A stretch of DNA of 64,000 nt, taken from NCBI GenBank assembly GCA_963743305.1, contig CAVUPH010000018.1:1-64000 (forward strand), written 5' to 3'. Shown here one piece after another: positions 1 to 9,657 of the stretch; positions within the stretch are counted from its first letter, which is position 1, and each line of letters starts with the position of its first letter. A program made the position numbers and the translations under genes. This DNA is from an uncultured delta proteobacterium (GTDB lineage Bacteria > Desulfobacterota > RBG-13-43-22). Under the pieces are notes generated by a model that made no database searches, was not told the origin of the DNA, and saw nothing but the letters and a program-made list of their open reading frames with translations.

Positions 1-63
1 GGAACGGAATCCGGCGGTTGCAAAGTCTCTGAACGGATTGAGACCGGACGGATTCTAGGAGTG

Positions 64-1457
64 TCAACAACATTCCGGGGTGCGGGGTAACGCGGTTGGG
101 TCATGCGGCCTATTTGATATCAGACTAAAAGATTTAGGGAAGAACGTTCTCGGGCACAACCCCGAACTATCCCGTGGAAAAACTCGGTCAACGAAAGTGT
201 TGCGGAAGATACCCTGGGGGTCGCAGGTCCGCCGCAGCCGGTTGAAGGCGTTATAGGCCGGATACAGGGTCCGCAGCTCCTTCTGGGTCCGGGAGAAGGT
301 CTTGCCCCAATGGGGCCGCCCCTCATAATCGCGCATCAGCGATTCGAATTCCGCGAAATAAGTCTTGGCCCATTTTGGGCTGCCCACGTAAGCTCCCAGG
401 TAACAACTGTCCCGGCCGCTGGCCGGACTCAGGGGAATGTCGTCCGCGGCGACAAAACGCACCTCCAGGGGAAAGTTTACCCGGTAATCCGCTTTCAGGA
501 TCATTCGTCTGGACTCATCAATAGCCTTCACCGCTTTCTCGATCGGTAGGCATATTCCGTTTCCTGATGGATCGGGATCGAGCTGCTGACCTTGATGACC
601 CGGTCGCTGCGATCCACCTCGCCGGTGGGGATGGAAATGGATGGGCTGAACCGAATTGTGTAGAAAGGGAATAAGTGGCGGCGAGAGGCGGCCCAACCCA
701 TGAGTCCGGTAAAAAGGAAGCCGGAGATTCCGGTCCGGTCCATCAAGCCCGTCAAGCCGAAGCCGCCCCGGGGGTTGTCCGTTTTGTTGAAGGTGTAGAC
801 CTGGACCTTGTCGGTGTAAGCCAACCAATGGAATTTGCAATAGTCGTTATTGGCCAGGTAACCGTCCAGGTCGGCCAGGGCGGTGTCGAAATCTAAGAGC
901 TCCAGCCGTTCCTCCAGGTCAAAGGCCTTGACACAATTAAAGGTGATCTCGGTAACCACCCCCAGACTACCGAGATTGACCCGGGCCGATGAGAAAAGCT
1001 CCGGCTCATGTTGGGCATCGAGTTCTCGGATTTGACCGAGACCGTGGACCAGTACCATTTTTTCAATGGCTGTGGATAGAATCCGGGTCCTGGCCCCGGT
1101 GCCGTCGTAGGATACCCACCGCATGCTGCAGGATGCTGGATCCGAAATTGTCAAAGGCCAGCCCGTGCCGGGCGAGGACTTCATTGACGTCCTTCAGGCG
1201 GGCGCCGGCCTGGAGTCGGATCCGAGGTTGGTCGCGGTCCACTTCCAGCACTTTGGCCATCCGGTCGAAACGAATGGCGATATCCGGCGAATCGGTGATG
1301 TCCGACCAGGAGGAGGGGCCGAGCCCAGGGCCTTGACCCGTTGGCGATCTTCTAGCGCCCGCCGGAGCAGCCCGGCAATCTCCTCTGCGGATTGGGGATA
1401 ATGGATCTCTCCGGGCTCCCAGATCCGGCTGCCGTCCCAATTGCGGATTTTTTTCAT
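64..1457 (-). pseudogene. FAD-linked sugar-1,4-lactone oxidase (ALO/gulonolactone oxidase family), split by several frameshifts (probably assembly indels)
   Basis: Consecutive ORF pieces give MKKIRNW..P.S.EEI, LQAGARL, LGSLGVVTEIT, FPLEVRFVAADD and RPHWGK. ATG at 1457 with an upstream AAGGAG. The true 3' end is uncertain. Confidence 0.8.
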
Positions 1458-1592
1458 AGGCCTGGATTTCTCCTTAAATGGTATCCCAATGAAAGCGAAC
1501 CAGGTCGAGGTAGGGGTCATTCATGTTGTCTTTATTATTGATTATATCATGATATTGAGCACCGCAAAACAAATTTGCCAAAGCGAATTGAT

Positions 1593-1621
1593 TTGACGAT
1601 GGGGTAAAAGGAAGGTATACT
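1593..1621 (+). promoter_or_regulatory. sigma70-type promoter of the TA operon
   Basis: TTGACG-17 nt-TATACT, ending about 40 nt upstream of ATG 1661. Confidence 0.65.
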
Positions 1622-1660
1622 TAAATAAAGTAAACCGCATACTATCGCGAGGGCCAAAAC

Positions 1661-1879
1661 ATGACCAGAGTCACCGCTAAATATCAGATTACCCTTCCTC
1701 CCCAGGTTCGGAAATCCCTGGGAATCGTGCCCGGAACCAAAGTCGACCTGGTGCGTCAGGGGGAACTATTCGTTCTGGTGGCCGATCCCCTAGAACGTCT
1801 TAAAAAGAAATGGCGCGGCAAATACCGGGGAACTCAAACGACCGAACAATATATTGAAGAAATTCGGGGAACCGTCTGA
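1661..1879 (+). CDS. AbrB/MazE/SpoVT-family antitoxin
   Basis: VTAKYQITLPPQVRKSLGIVPG motif; stop overlaps the toxin start. Confidence 0.9.
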   Translation: MTRVTAKYQITLPPQVRKSLGIVPGTKVDLVRQGELFVLVADPLERLKKKWRGKYRGTQTTEQYIEEIRGTV

Positions 1880-2349
1880 TGCGGATTTGTGTGGACACCT
1901 CGATTCTGATCGATGTTCTAAAGGACGAGTTTCGGGAATACCAGGAACTATTTTACGGCACCCTGTCGGCTGGAGAACTTCTGGTGATTCCTTCCATAGT
2001 CTATGCCGAACTCCTTCCACAATTTCAGGGGAACATCCGGGATGCGTCTCAATTTCTTGATGATCATACGATCCGGATTGAAAGCCTGGATCAGGAGGCA
2101 GCCTCTGTGGCCGGACAGCGCTGGATGAAATACCTGAAGAATAAAAACAAGTTAACCTGCCCGCACTGCCGGAAACCCTTGCCGCACAAAAGCCATGTTC
2201 TTTCCGATTTTTATATTGGGGGTTTTGCCCTCGCTCGGTGCGACGCCATCCTCACCAGGGACCGTGGTATTTTTCGTAAATATTTTCAGGAGTTAAAAAG
2301 GCTACAGGAATTGTTTGACTCTTTAATTGTTATGACTTCTGTCCCCTGA
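1879..2349 (+). CDS. vapC: PIN-domain (VapC-family) toxin with a CPHC insert
   Basis: ICVDTSILID, YAEL, SDFYIG and ILTRD PIN motifs. Confidence 0.85.
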   Translation: MRICVDTSILIDVLKDEFREYQELFYGTLSAGELLVIPSIVYAELLPQFQGNIRDASQFLDDHTIRIESLDQEAASVAGQRWMKYLKNKNKLTCPHCRKPLPHKSHVLSDFYIGGFALARCDAILTRDRGIFRKYFQELKRLQELFDSLIVMTSVP

Positions 2350-2354
2350 GGGAT

Positions 2355-2381
2355 GGTAGAATCCGCTTCGCTTGATCCACC
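2355..2381. repeat. REP-like short palindrome
   Basis: GGTAGAATC-CGCTTCGCTT-GATCCACC imperfect inverted repeat. Confidence 0.4.
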
Positions 2382-2420
2382 TTGCAGGTATTCAGCGGTT
2401 GTGCGGTAAAAGGGAATAAC

Positions 2421-2453
2421 AAAAAAACCCCGTCGCTCCAACGAGAAACAGGG
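2421..2453 (-). terminator. Rho-independent terminator of the galT-glgA-HK-RR-small ORF unit
   Basis: Minus strand reads CCCTGTTTCTC-GTTG-GAGCGACGGGG followed by a T7 tract. Confidence 0.6.
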
Positions 2454-2504
2454 CCTTCAGTCCAACTATTTCCTTCCGAAACCGGAAGGAAAGGGGATAC
2501 CGGA

Positions 2505-2648
2505 TTACATCTTCAACTTTTCCTCCAACTGCCGGATGTCCGCTTCCAGTTCCTTTTTCTCCCGTGGTGAAAGACGTTTTTCCTCCAGTCGCTTTTTCAG
2601 GGCCAGCAGCAGCAGGGCCTCGCGATGTTCATTACAGGAAACGGGCAT
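2505..2648 (-). CDS. 47-aa hypothetical helical protein, not in the ORF track
   Basis: MPVSCNEHREALLLLALKKRLEEKRLSPREKKELEADIRQLEEKLKM*; co-oriented after the response regulator and before a terminator. Confidence 0.65.
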   Translation of the reverse strand: MPVSCNEHREALLLLALKKRLEEKRLSPREKKELEADIRQLEEKLKM

Positions 2649-2695
2649 GGGGATTCACGCCGCTTCCCGCAGTTGAAAAAACAGCCGGGAAATCA

Positions 2696-3055
2696 TTAAT
2701 CTTTCAGATGCCGCTTGACCGCCTCTTTCAACTCGGTTAAATCCGAAGATTTGACCACGTAATCGTCGGAGGCCCAAACCGAAAAATCCTGTTTGAATTC
2801 ACTATAGGCCGAGCACAGGATAACCGGTATCTGGGGCAGCTTTTCCTTGATGATCCGCAAGGTATCGATCCCGTTCAGGTCGGGCATGCGGATATCCATG
2901 ACGATCAAATCCGGAAGATGGTCGCGATCCTCCAACCGCTCCAGGACTTCCCGACCGGTGCCGGCCAGGATCACCTCATAGCCCTCGTCTTCAAACTCCT
3001 CCTGGTACAAGCGCTGCAAGGCCTCTTCATCATCGGCGATCAAAATTCTTTTCAT
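2696..3055 (-). CDS. single-domain response regulator (REC)
   Basis: ILIADDE, DLIVMDIRMP and VVKS motifs. Confidence 0.9.
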   Translation of the reverse strand: MKRILIADDEEALQRLYQEEFEDEGYEVILAGTGREVLERLEDRDHLPDLIVMDIRMPDLNGIDTLRIIKEKLPQIPVILCSAYSEFKQDFSVWASDDYVVKSSDLTELKEAVKRHLKD

Positions 3056-5486
3056 TAGATTCCTCTCCATTAAATTTAAATTTACGAAACAATGACGGCG
3101 ATCCCTTCAATAGAGGCAACTTGACAAAAAAAGACACTCCTTCGCCGGGCCGATTGTCGATTTCCACATTTCCATAATGGCGGGTCACGATTTTATGAAC
3201 AATGGACAACCCCAACCCTGAACCGCTGGCTTTGGTGGTGAAGAAGGGGTTGAAGATATTATGCAGAAGTTCCGGTGGAATGCCTCCCCCGGTATCCCTT
3301 ATCTCCACCATCACCCAACCCGGATCCGATCCCTTGCTCAGTTCGGTCCGGATACCCAGGACCCCGCCGTGCGGCATGGCCTGGAGGGCGTTTAAGAAAA
3401 GGTTGTAGAAGACATGACGGATTTGGCGTCCATCGCAGTACAGCCGGGGTAGGGGATTCAATTCCTTCTGGACCGCAATTCGGCCTTCATCCAATTCCCG
3501 TCGGATGAGCTCCAGGGCCCCCTCGACGATCTGGTTCAAGTCTTCCTCTTTGAACTTGCCTTGCGTATCCTGCGAAAAATCCAAAATCTCGTTTAACGTT
3601 TTTTCCAGGCGTTCCACTTCATTAATAATGACTTGGAAATAAGTTTGAACCTGGGCGTCTCCCTGAAATTTCTTAAAAAGACGGCGGACAAAACCCCCGA
3701 TGGAAACCAACGGATTGCGGATTTCATGAGCCATCCCGGCGGCCATTTCCCCCAGGGCCATTAATTTTTCGGATTCCAACAGACGTTCCTGGGCCGACTT
3801 CAACTCCTGGTTGGTCTGTTCAATATATTCATAAAGACGGGCATTCTCGATGGCCAACCCGGCCTGACGGGCCAGCATGGATAAAATTTGTAGATCCTCT
3901 TCCCTGATCGGATGCCGATTGAGGAAATTGTCCACGGAGATCACCCCGATCACCTTGTCTTTGGCAAAGATGGGTACCGAGGCAAAGGAATCGATGCCCA
4001 ATCGTTCCACCAGGCCTTTGTTGGTTCGGGGGTCCTGCCGGGCCTCCTTAATTAAAAAAACGCGTCCTTCCAGCACAGTCTGGGCCAGTATTCCGTTCTC
4101 CTTGCTTAACGGAATGGTGATGGCCTGGAGCAGGCGGTCCAAGGCCAAGGCCTCGGCCGATACCCGGGAGGCCTTGGAAACCAGCAACTGACTCAATCCC
4201 GCTCCGGAGGATTCGGACTTTTCTATTGCTGAGAGCGTTTCCAGTTCCTGGACCGAGCCTTTGACGGCCTTCAGCTTTTTATTTTCCTCATCCACCAATA
4301 AAAGAATCGCCCGATTGAACCCCAGGCCTTCTTTCAGGGTGATGGATTCCAGGATAATCCGGACCAGTTCCTCATAGGAGGCCGTGGTCATCATGGCGCT
4401 GTTGATTTGATAAAGGATCGACAGGCTTTTGACCATCATTTCGTTTTTTCGAGCCAGGGTCTCCAACTGCTGAAAAGTCAGGGCGTTTTCCAGGGAACTG
4501 GCGATGATATTGCCGATAGTGGACAAGATGGACAGCTCGTCCTGGCTGAATTGGGCTTCGCCCTCCGTTTCCCTAGCCACCCGCCCATAGACGCATAAAC
4601 GTCCTTGATAAGGCCCTTTAAAGTGCAGCGGGGCGCACATCCAGGAAGTCGGAGCATTCTCTCCCCTGGAGCGGGCCTTGTTGGGTCGCCTTTCCCCCGG
4701 GACAGCCTGGATGGGGGCTTTGGGAGTTTCCAGGGGTGAAATATAGGGCCCCTTCCCCTCGAGAATTTCCCGGGTTAAAACACCCTTGGTGAAAGGCGGG
4801 ATGACTCCAAATTCGGCTTCGATTTTGACGGCCTGATCGGCCCCATTGGTAATAATCAGCGCCGAGCCCCTGGCGTTGATCACCTGGGCGATAATGGCCA
4901 CGGTTCGTTTAACCAGATCTTCCAATTCCAGGGTGGAGCCGATGACTTTTCCCACCTGGTAGAGAACGCTTAACTCCGCAATCCGCTTCTTCGCTTCGGT
5001 ATACACTCTTGAATTTCGGATCACCCCGGCCATTTCTCGGCAGACCATTTGGAGGATCTCCTGCTCCTCCTCTCCCTGGGACTGCCCTTCCTGGGATAGG
5101 AGGCAAAGCAGTCCATATAAATAATTATCATCTTCCACCGGCCAGACCAGCAAGGAGGCATATCCTTTTAAAAAAGGGATTTTTAATATGTTTTTGTGTT
5201 CCCTGCGGTTTAATCGGGGGATGAAGACGAATCGCCGGCTTTTCAAACAATCGGCAAAAGGGTTCTTTTCCAGGGGGATCGACCAGGTCGGCCGGGGGAC
5301 CTCGCGGGGGCTGATGCTTTTTAGTTCCAACAGGTCCTGGTTGGGACGCAGGAGTAAAAGTACCCCTTTTTGAATATCTCCCCGATGGGTTACTACCTCC
5401 AGAATACCCTGCAGGCGCTCGTCAAAATCAATGTTGGCGTTGGCGACCTGGATAACTTTTTTAATAGTTTGGATTCCGGATTCCAC
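3030..5486 (-). CDS. cytoplasmic multi-GAF sensor histidine kinase
   Basis: Three GAF-like segments, H-box AHEIRNPL, NLFLNA, DTGGGI and GSGLGL. Confidence 0.9.
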   Translation of the reverse strand: MESGIQTIKKVIQVANANIDFDERLQGILEVVTHRGDIQKGVLLLLRPNQDLLELKSISPREVPRPTWSIPLEKNPFADCLKSRRFVFIPRLNRREHKNILKIPFLKGYASLLVWPVEDDNYLYGLLCLLSQEGQSQGEEEQEILQMVCREMAGVIRNSRVYTEAKKRIAELSVLYQVGKVIGSTLELEDLVKRTVAIIAQVINARGSALIITNGADQAVKIEAEFGVIPPFTKGVLTREILEGKGPYISPLETPKAPIQAVPGERRPNKARSRGENAPTSWMCAPLHFKGPYQGRLCVYGRVARETEGEAQFSQDELSILSTIGNIIASSLENALTFQQLETLARKNEMMVKSLSILYQINSAMMTTASYEELVRIILESITLKEGLGFNRAILLLVDEENKKLKAVKGSVQELETLSAIEKSESSGAGLSQLLVSKASRVSAEALALDRLLQAITIPLSKENGILAQTVLEGRVFLIKEARQDPRTNKGLVERLGIDSFASVPIFAKDKVIGVISVDNFLNRHPIREEDLQILSMLARQAGLAIENARLYEYIEQTNQELKSAQERLLESEKLMALGEMAAGMAHEIRNPLVSIGGFVRRLFKKFQGDAQVQTYFQVIINEVERLEKTLNEILDFSQDTQGKFKEEDLNQIVEGALELIRRELDEGRIAVQKELNPLPRLYCDGRQIRHVFYNLFLNALQAMPHGGVLGIRTELSKGSDPGWVMVEIRDTGGGIPPELLHNIFNPFFTTKASGSGLGLSIVHKIVTRHYGNVEIDNRPGEGVSFFVKLPLLKGSPSLFRKFKFNGEESNEKNFDRR

Positions 5487-5490
5487 GTGT

Positions 5491-6951
5491 CTAGCGGTTC
5501 CTCTTTATGGCGATCGCCTTCCGGTACAATTGTTGATAGGCCTCGGCGGACTTGGCCCAGGAGAAATCCTGGGCCATGGCCCTTTGCATCAAACGAGTCC
5601 AGTGCGGTTTATCTCGAAAAAGGTTCAGTGCCCGTTGGATCGTCTGCCAAAACTTTTCGGGTTCATATTCTTTGAATTTAAAACCGGTCCCCTGTTCGGT
5701 GTGAGGATTATAGTCTTCCACGGTATCATCCAATCCACCCACGGCCCGGACGATGGGGATGGTCCCGTATTTGAGGGCGTACATTTGATCTAGACCGCAA
5801 GGTTCATAACGGGAGGGCATCAGTAGAATATCCGCCCCGCCCTGTATGAGATGGGCCAGATTGTCCTGGTAATTTAATTCCAGTCCGATTTGTCCGGGGT
5901 ATTTTTTAACCAGTTCCAAAGCCCAGCTTTGATAATGGTCCACCCCTTGCCCCATTAAGATGACTTCTAGATCCAATTCCATTAACTTGGGGAAAACCTG
6001 ACTGATTAAATCCAGACCTTTTCGGTCCAGCAATCTGGAAATAATGGCTATAATAGGGGTTTCCGCTTTCTTTTTTAGCAGAAAAATCCCCTGCAGGTGA
6101 TTTTTGCAAACCTTTTTCTTGCTCAGATCGGCACCGGAATAACGGGCCGGCAGCAAGGGATCGACGGAAGGATTCCAGACCTCATAATCCACCCCGTTAA
6201 GGACGGCGAAAAGGTCTTTCTCCCGATTTTTCAGCACTCCTTCCAACCCGAAGCCGTTTTCCGAGGTCAGAATTTCGTTCCGATAGGTTGGGCTTACCGT
6301 GTTGATCAGGTCCGCGAAGATGATCCCGCCTTTCATCAAATTGATCTTTCCAAAAAATTCCAGGGCGTTGGGGGTGAAAAGTTCCCAACCTAACCCGGTG
6401 AGGTGCAGATCATAATGCCAGAACAGGCCCTGATACCCCAAATTATGAAGGGTGAACAGACTGGCCGTGGACGCTAAATCCTCTTCCTGGGTGTAAATCG
6501 TTTTTAAATAAACCGGGATCAATCCCGTCTGCCAGTCATGGCAGTGAATCAGGTCCGGCTTCAGTCCCAGGGCCTTGCAAAGTTCCAGTGTGGCCCGGGA
6601 GAAAAAGATAAATCGTTCGGCATTGTCCTGATAATCCCCGTATTCATTACCGTAAAGTCCCTCCCGATCATAGAGGTCATCCTGACCGATCAGGTATACC
6701 GGGATTTGATCTTTTAAAGAGGATTGATAGACCTGGGCCGTTTTCTTCATCCAGGAAATGGGGACTTCCAGGGCCGTCTCCACGAGTTTCAGGGAAGGTT
6801 TATTGGGTGAGGAGAGTCGGTACTTTGGAGTTACCACGATGATCTCATGGCCCAAACGTCCCAGATAAGATGGCAGGGACTGAGAAACATCGGCCAGGCC
6901 TCCGGCCCGGGAGAAGGGTAGGACCTCGGAAGTAACAAAGAGAATCTTCAT
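5491..6951 (-). CDS. glgA: glycogen synthase
   Basis: MKILFVTSE..PFSRAGGLADV, HCHDWQTG and MPSRYEPCGL. Confidence 0.95.
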   Translation of the reverse strand: MKILFVTSEVLPFSRAGGLADVSQSLPSYLGRLGHEIIVVTPKYRLSSPNKPSLKLVETALEVPISWMKKTAQVYQSSLKDQIPVYLIGQDDLYDREGLYGNEYGDYQDNAERFIFFSRATLELCKALGLKPDLIHCHDWQTGLIPVYLKTIYTQEEDLASTASLFTLHNLGYQGLFWHYDLHLTGLGWELFTPNALEFFGKINLMKGGIIFADLINTVSPTYRNEILTSENGFGLEGVLKNREKDLFAVLNGVDYEVWNPSVDPLLPARYSGADLSKKKVCKNHLQGIFLLKKKAETPIIAIISRLLDRKGLDLISQVFPKLMELDLEVILMGQGVDHYQSWALELVKKYPGQIGLELNYQDNLAHLIQGGADILLMPSRYEPCGLDQMYALKYGTIPIVRAVGGLDDTVEDYNPHTEQGTGFKFKEYEPEKFWQTIQRALNLFRDKPHWTRLMQRAMAQDFSWAKSAEAYQQLYRKAIAIKRNR

Positions 6952-6961
6952 GGTTTCTCCA

Positions 6962-7960
6962 TCATAAAGCAACATCCCTCAAAAACTTGGCCGCGTCTTC
7001 GGGAGGGGTCGGGTTAATGTAAAAACCGGATCCCCATTCAAAACCGGCAATGCGGGTCAGTTTAGGGACTATCTCGAAATGCCAATGGTAATACTCCTGG
7101 TGGTTTTCCTTAACCGGTGAGGTGTGGAGCATGAAATTATAGGGTCGTTTATTCAGCGCCTTATCCATGCGTTTCAGGGATTCCGAGAAAATTTCAGCCA
7201 GGGCGCGGGTTTGAGGCTCGGTGATCTGGGTGTAATCGGCGTTATGGATTTTGGGGATGATCCAGACCTCAAAGGGTTGGCGGGGGGCGAAAGGCGCGAT
7301 AACCAGGAATTCATCATTTTCGCAAACTAATCGGATCTTCTGTTCCTGTTCCTGGCGAAGGAGGTCGCAATACACGCAGCGATCCTTATAACTGAAATAT
7401 TTCTTGGAGCCGTTCAATTCTTCGGAGGCAATCTCCGGGATAACCGGGAGGGCGATTAATTGGGAATGGCTGTGCTCCAGGGAGGCCCCGGCCGAACGCC
7501 CCTGGTTTTTGAAAATAAGGATGTAGCGGAAGCGGGGGTCTTTTGATAGATCCACAATTCGGTCACGGTAGGCTCGGAGGACGTCCTGGAACCTTTCCAG
7601 GGGCATGGTGGAAAGGGTCTCCTCGTGATTAGGGGTTTCGATAATTACTTCGTGAGCCCCGATACCATTCATTTTATCATAAAGTCCGTCGCCTAATTTT
7701 CCTAAATTTCCCTCGATCACCAAGGCGGGGAATTTGTTCGCCACGACCCGCAGGGTCCATCCCGGGCTATTGGCTTCCCCCCCCGCCGGTCGAAAAGCAG
7801 CAATCTCCGGCGGGGTGGTCTTTTCATTCCCGGGATCGAAGGGACAAAAACCGCCTTTCGCCGTTTCTTCTTCCGGGGCGAAATCAAACGGTCTCTTAGC
7901 CCTTTCCGTGGCTATAATCACCCACCGCCCCACAATGGGGTCTTTGCGTAATTCGGGCAT
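6962..7960 (-). CDS. galT: galactose-1-phosphate uridylyltransferase family protein
   Basis: MPELRKDP, CPFDPGNE and GASLEHSHSQ. Confidence 0.92.
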   Translation of the reverse strand: MPELRKDPIVGRWVIIATERAKRPFDFAPEEETAKGGFCPFDPGNEKTTPPEIAAFRPAGGEANSPGWTLRVVANKFPALVIEGNLGKLGDGLYDKMNGIGAHEVIIETPNHEETLSTMPLERFQDVLRAYRDRIVDLSKDPRFRYILIFKNQGRSAGASLEHSHSQLIALPVIPEIASEELNGSKKYFSYKDRCVYCDLLRQEQEQKIRLVCENDEFLVIAPFAPRQPFEVWIIPKIHNADYTQITEPQTRALAEIFSESLKRMDKALNKRPYNFMLHTSPVKENHQEYYHWHFEIVPKLTRIAGFEWGSGFYINPTPPEDAAKFLRDVAL

Positions 7961-8277
7961 TGCCTCCTCCTGATCGAAAGGGAATAAACCGTAAGGTGGT
8001 TTTAGACCCGGTCCTCTGAGCCGCACCGATTTTCACCCCAATCCGGTTCATTCGATTTTCTGGAATCATATTAACACAATGTATTATTTTATCATTCTTC
8101 CTTTTGAAAGTATATGCTAAAACCAGGCTTTTTCCACTTGACAGCCCGGCGGCTCCCGTTTAATAACAAACTCAGATTCTTTTGATGAATCCTTGGCCGG
8201 CCCCGACTCCTGAGACGATTTAAGAACACGGGGGCCCCGGTTAAGACCTGAGAGAAATAAAGAAAGGGCGGATAACC

Positions 8278-8958
8278 TTGAGGGAACCTTTTATAACCCT
8301 ATCCAGGGCCTTCGTATTTTATCTGATAACCGCAGCGCTTTTTTCTTGTCGTTCTTTCCTGCCGGCCGAAAAGGTGGTCTATTCCCCGCCGCCTCCTGTA
8401 AGGCAGGGATTGCCCTCCTCTTTGGCCGTTCCTCCGGAGGCCGCACCCGCGGAAGATATCCCTCCCCTGGAACCTCGAAAACCGGCCGCCGTCAGGAAGC
8501 CTTCTCTGCTCCCTCCTCCTTCGATCGCTCTCTCGGAGGAATGGCTAATCGTGGTTAAAAAAGGAAAACGCAAGCTCAACCTTTACCGGAATTGCCGGCT
8601 GATCAGAACGTTTCCCATTGATCTGGGGGAAAACCCCAAGGGGCCTAAACTTTATCAGGGAGATATGCGGACTCCCGAGGGCTTGTACCGAGTCATCGAA
8701 AAAAAAGATCGGGGACAGACCAAATATTATTTGGCCCTGCTTTTGGATTATCCCAATGAACAGGACCGGGTGCGGCATGATATGGCGGTCAGGAAAGGAA
8801 AAATTCCATCCGAAGCCGGGATCGGTGGGGCAATCGAAATACACGGGGAAGGTCGAGGAGAGGATTGGACTCATGGTTGCGTCGCCCTTTATAATCAACA
8901 TATTTCCGAGCTGTTTAAAGACATTTCCCCCGGAACTCCGGTCTGGATCGGTCCCTAA
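8278..8958 (+). CDS. L,D-transpeptidase (YkuD family), probable lipoprotein
   Basis: Lipobox-like LFSC, Pro-rich linker, GDMRTPEG and IEIHG...WTHGCVAL. Confidence 0.85.
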   Translation: MREPFITLSRAFVFYLITAALFSCRSFLPAEKVVYSPPPPVRQGLPSSLAVPPEAAPAEDIPPLEPRKPAAVRKPSLLPPPSIALSEEWLIVVKKGKRKLNLYRNCRLIRTFPIDLGENPKGPKLYQGDMRTPEGLYRVIEKKDRGQTKYYLALLLDYPNEQDRVRHDMAVRKGKIPSEAGIGGAIEIHGEGRGEDWTHGCVALYNQHISELFKDISPGTPVWIGP

Positions 8959-8975
8959 ATCATTAAGTATTTTGA

Positions 8976-9140
8976 TGCCTTTCTGGCTGGCCCTGCCTCC
9001 TGGAAAAGTTGAAAACACTGGGGCCGGGTTAGAACCTTTAAAGCAATAGGGAAAACCCTTTCGCCGAGACCCGACGGCCCCGAAGGCCCGATTTCAGTTT
9101 AATCAGCCAGATATTGTGGCTACCCACCCAAAAGGACGAA
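8976..9140 (+). repeat. partial copy of a MITE-like element (TIR end CAAAAGG.CGAA)
   Basis: Colinear similarity to 21061-21203: TGGCCCTGCCTC, GGGGCCGGGTTAGAACC, GGAAAACCCTTTC, TACCCACCCAAAAGG. Confidence 0.7.
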
Positions 9141-9184
9141 CAGCCAACCATTGATTCCCCTTTGCCTTTTCGGGTACGTCTTTC

Positions 9185-9212
9185 TTGACTAAACAAGAAA
9201 AGTGATTATCAT
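9185..9212 (+). promoter_or_regulatory. sigma70-type promoter for the small-selenoprotein pair
   Basis: TTGACT-16 nt-TATCAT; SD GGAGG before ATG 9240. Confidence 0.5.
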
Positions 9213-9239
9213 ATAAAGATAATATTATTGGAGGGATAA

Positions 9240-9455
9240 ATGCCGATTTACGAATATAACTGTCTAGACTGTTCTAAGACCTTTGAAAAGATTGTTTGGA
9301 ATTCCGGGGATAATGAGGTCTGTTGCCCTTATTGCCAGGGCAAAAATAACATCCGTGTTCTTTCAGGCTTTTCCAAAGGGAGCGGGGGGATCAAAGGCAT
9401 TCCTGCTGCTTCCAACTGTAGTCCTTCCAGCGGCGGGTTTTCCTGAGCACATTAA
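9240..9455 (+). CDS. FmdB-family zinc-ribbon protein, probably with C-terminal selenocysteine (...CSPSSGGFS-U-AH*)
   Basis: MPIYEYxCxxC...CPxC; TGA at 9444-9446 is followed by a SECIS-like hairpin; next stop TAA at 9453-9455. Confidence 0.7.
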
Positions 9456-9457
9456 TC

Positions 9458-9474
9458 AAGAACCGTGGGTTCTT
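9458..9474 (+). promoter_or_regulatory. candidate bacterial SECIS
   Basis: AAGAACC-GTG-GGTTCTT perfect 7-bp stem; loop G lies 18 nt after the UGA. Confidence 0.55.
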
Positions 9475-9488
9475 AAGGAAAATCGACA

Positions 9489-9641
9489 ATGAAAGCATTT
9501 ATTTGGATGGTGGTTATTTTTGGTGCCTGGTATTTAATCAATCGTTGGATACTGCCTAAAATGGGGGTTCCTACCTGAATGGCCCCAAACTCCTGCCAGG
9601 TTCCTGGCCGGGACAATAAAGGGGCCGATAAACCGCTTTGA
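9489..9641 (+). CDS. small membrane-anchored putative selenoprotein (50 aa), not in the ORF track
   Basis: SD AAGGA; MKAFIWMVVIFGAWYLINRWILPKMGVPT-U-MAPNSCQVPGRDNKGADKPL*; TGA at 9576-9578. Confidence 0.7.
9581..9626 (+). promoter_or_regulatory. candidate bacterial SECIS
   Basis: Lower stem GGCCCC/GGGGCC; upper stem GCCAG-GTTC-CTGGC; loop G lies 21 nt after the UGA. Confidence 0.65.
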
Positions 9642-9657
9642 TGGATCCGGGGGGATT

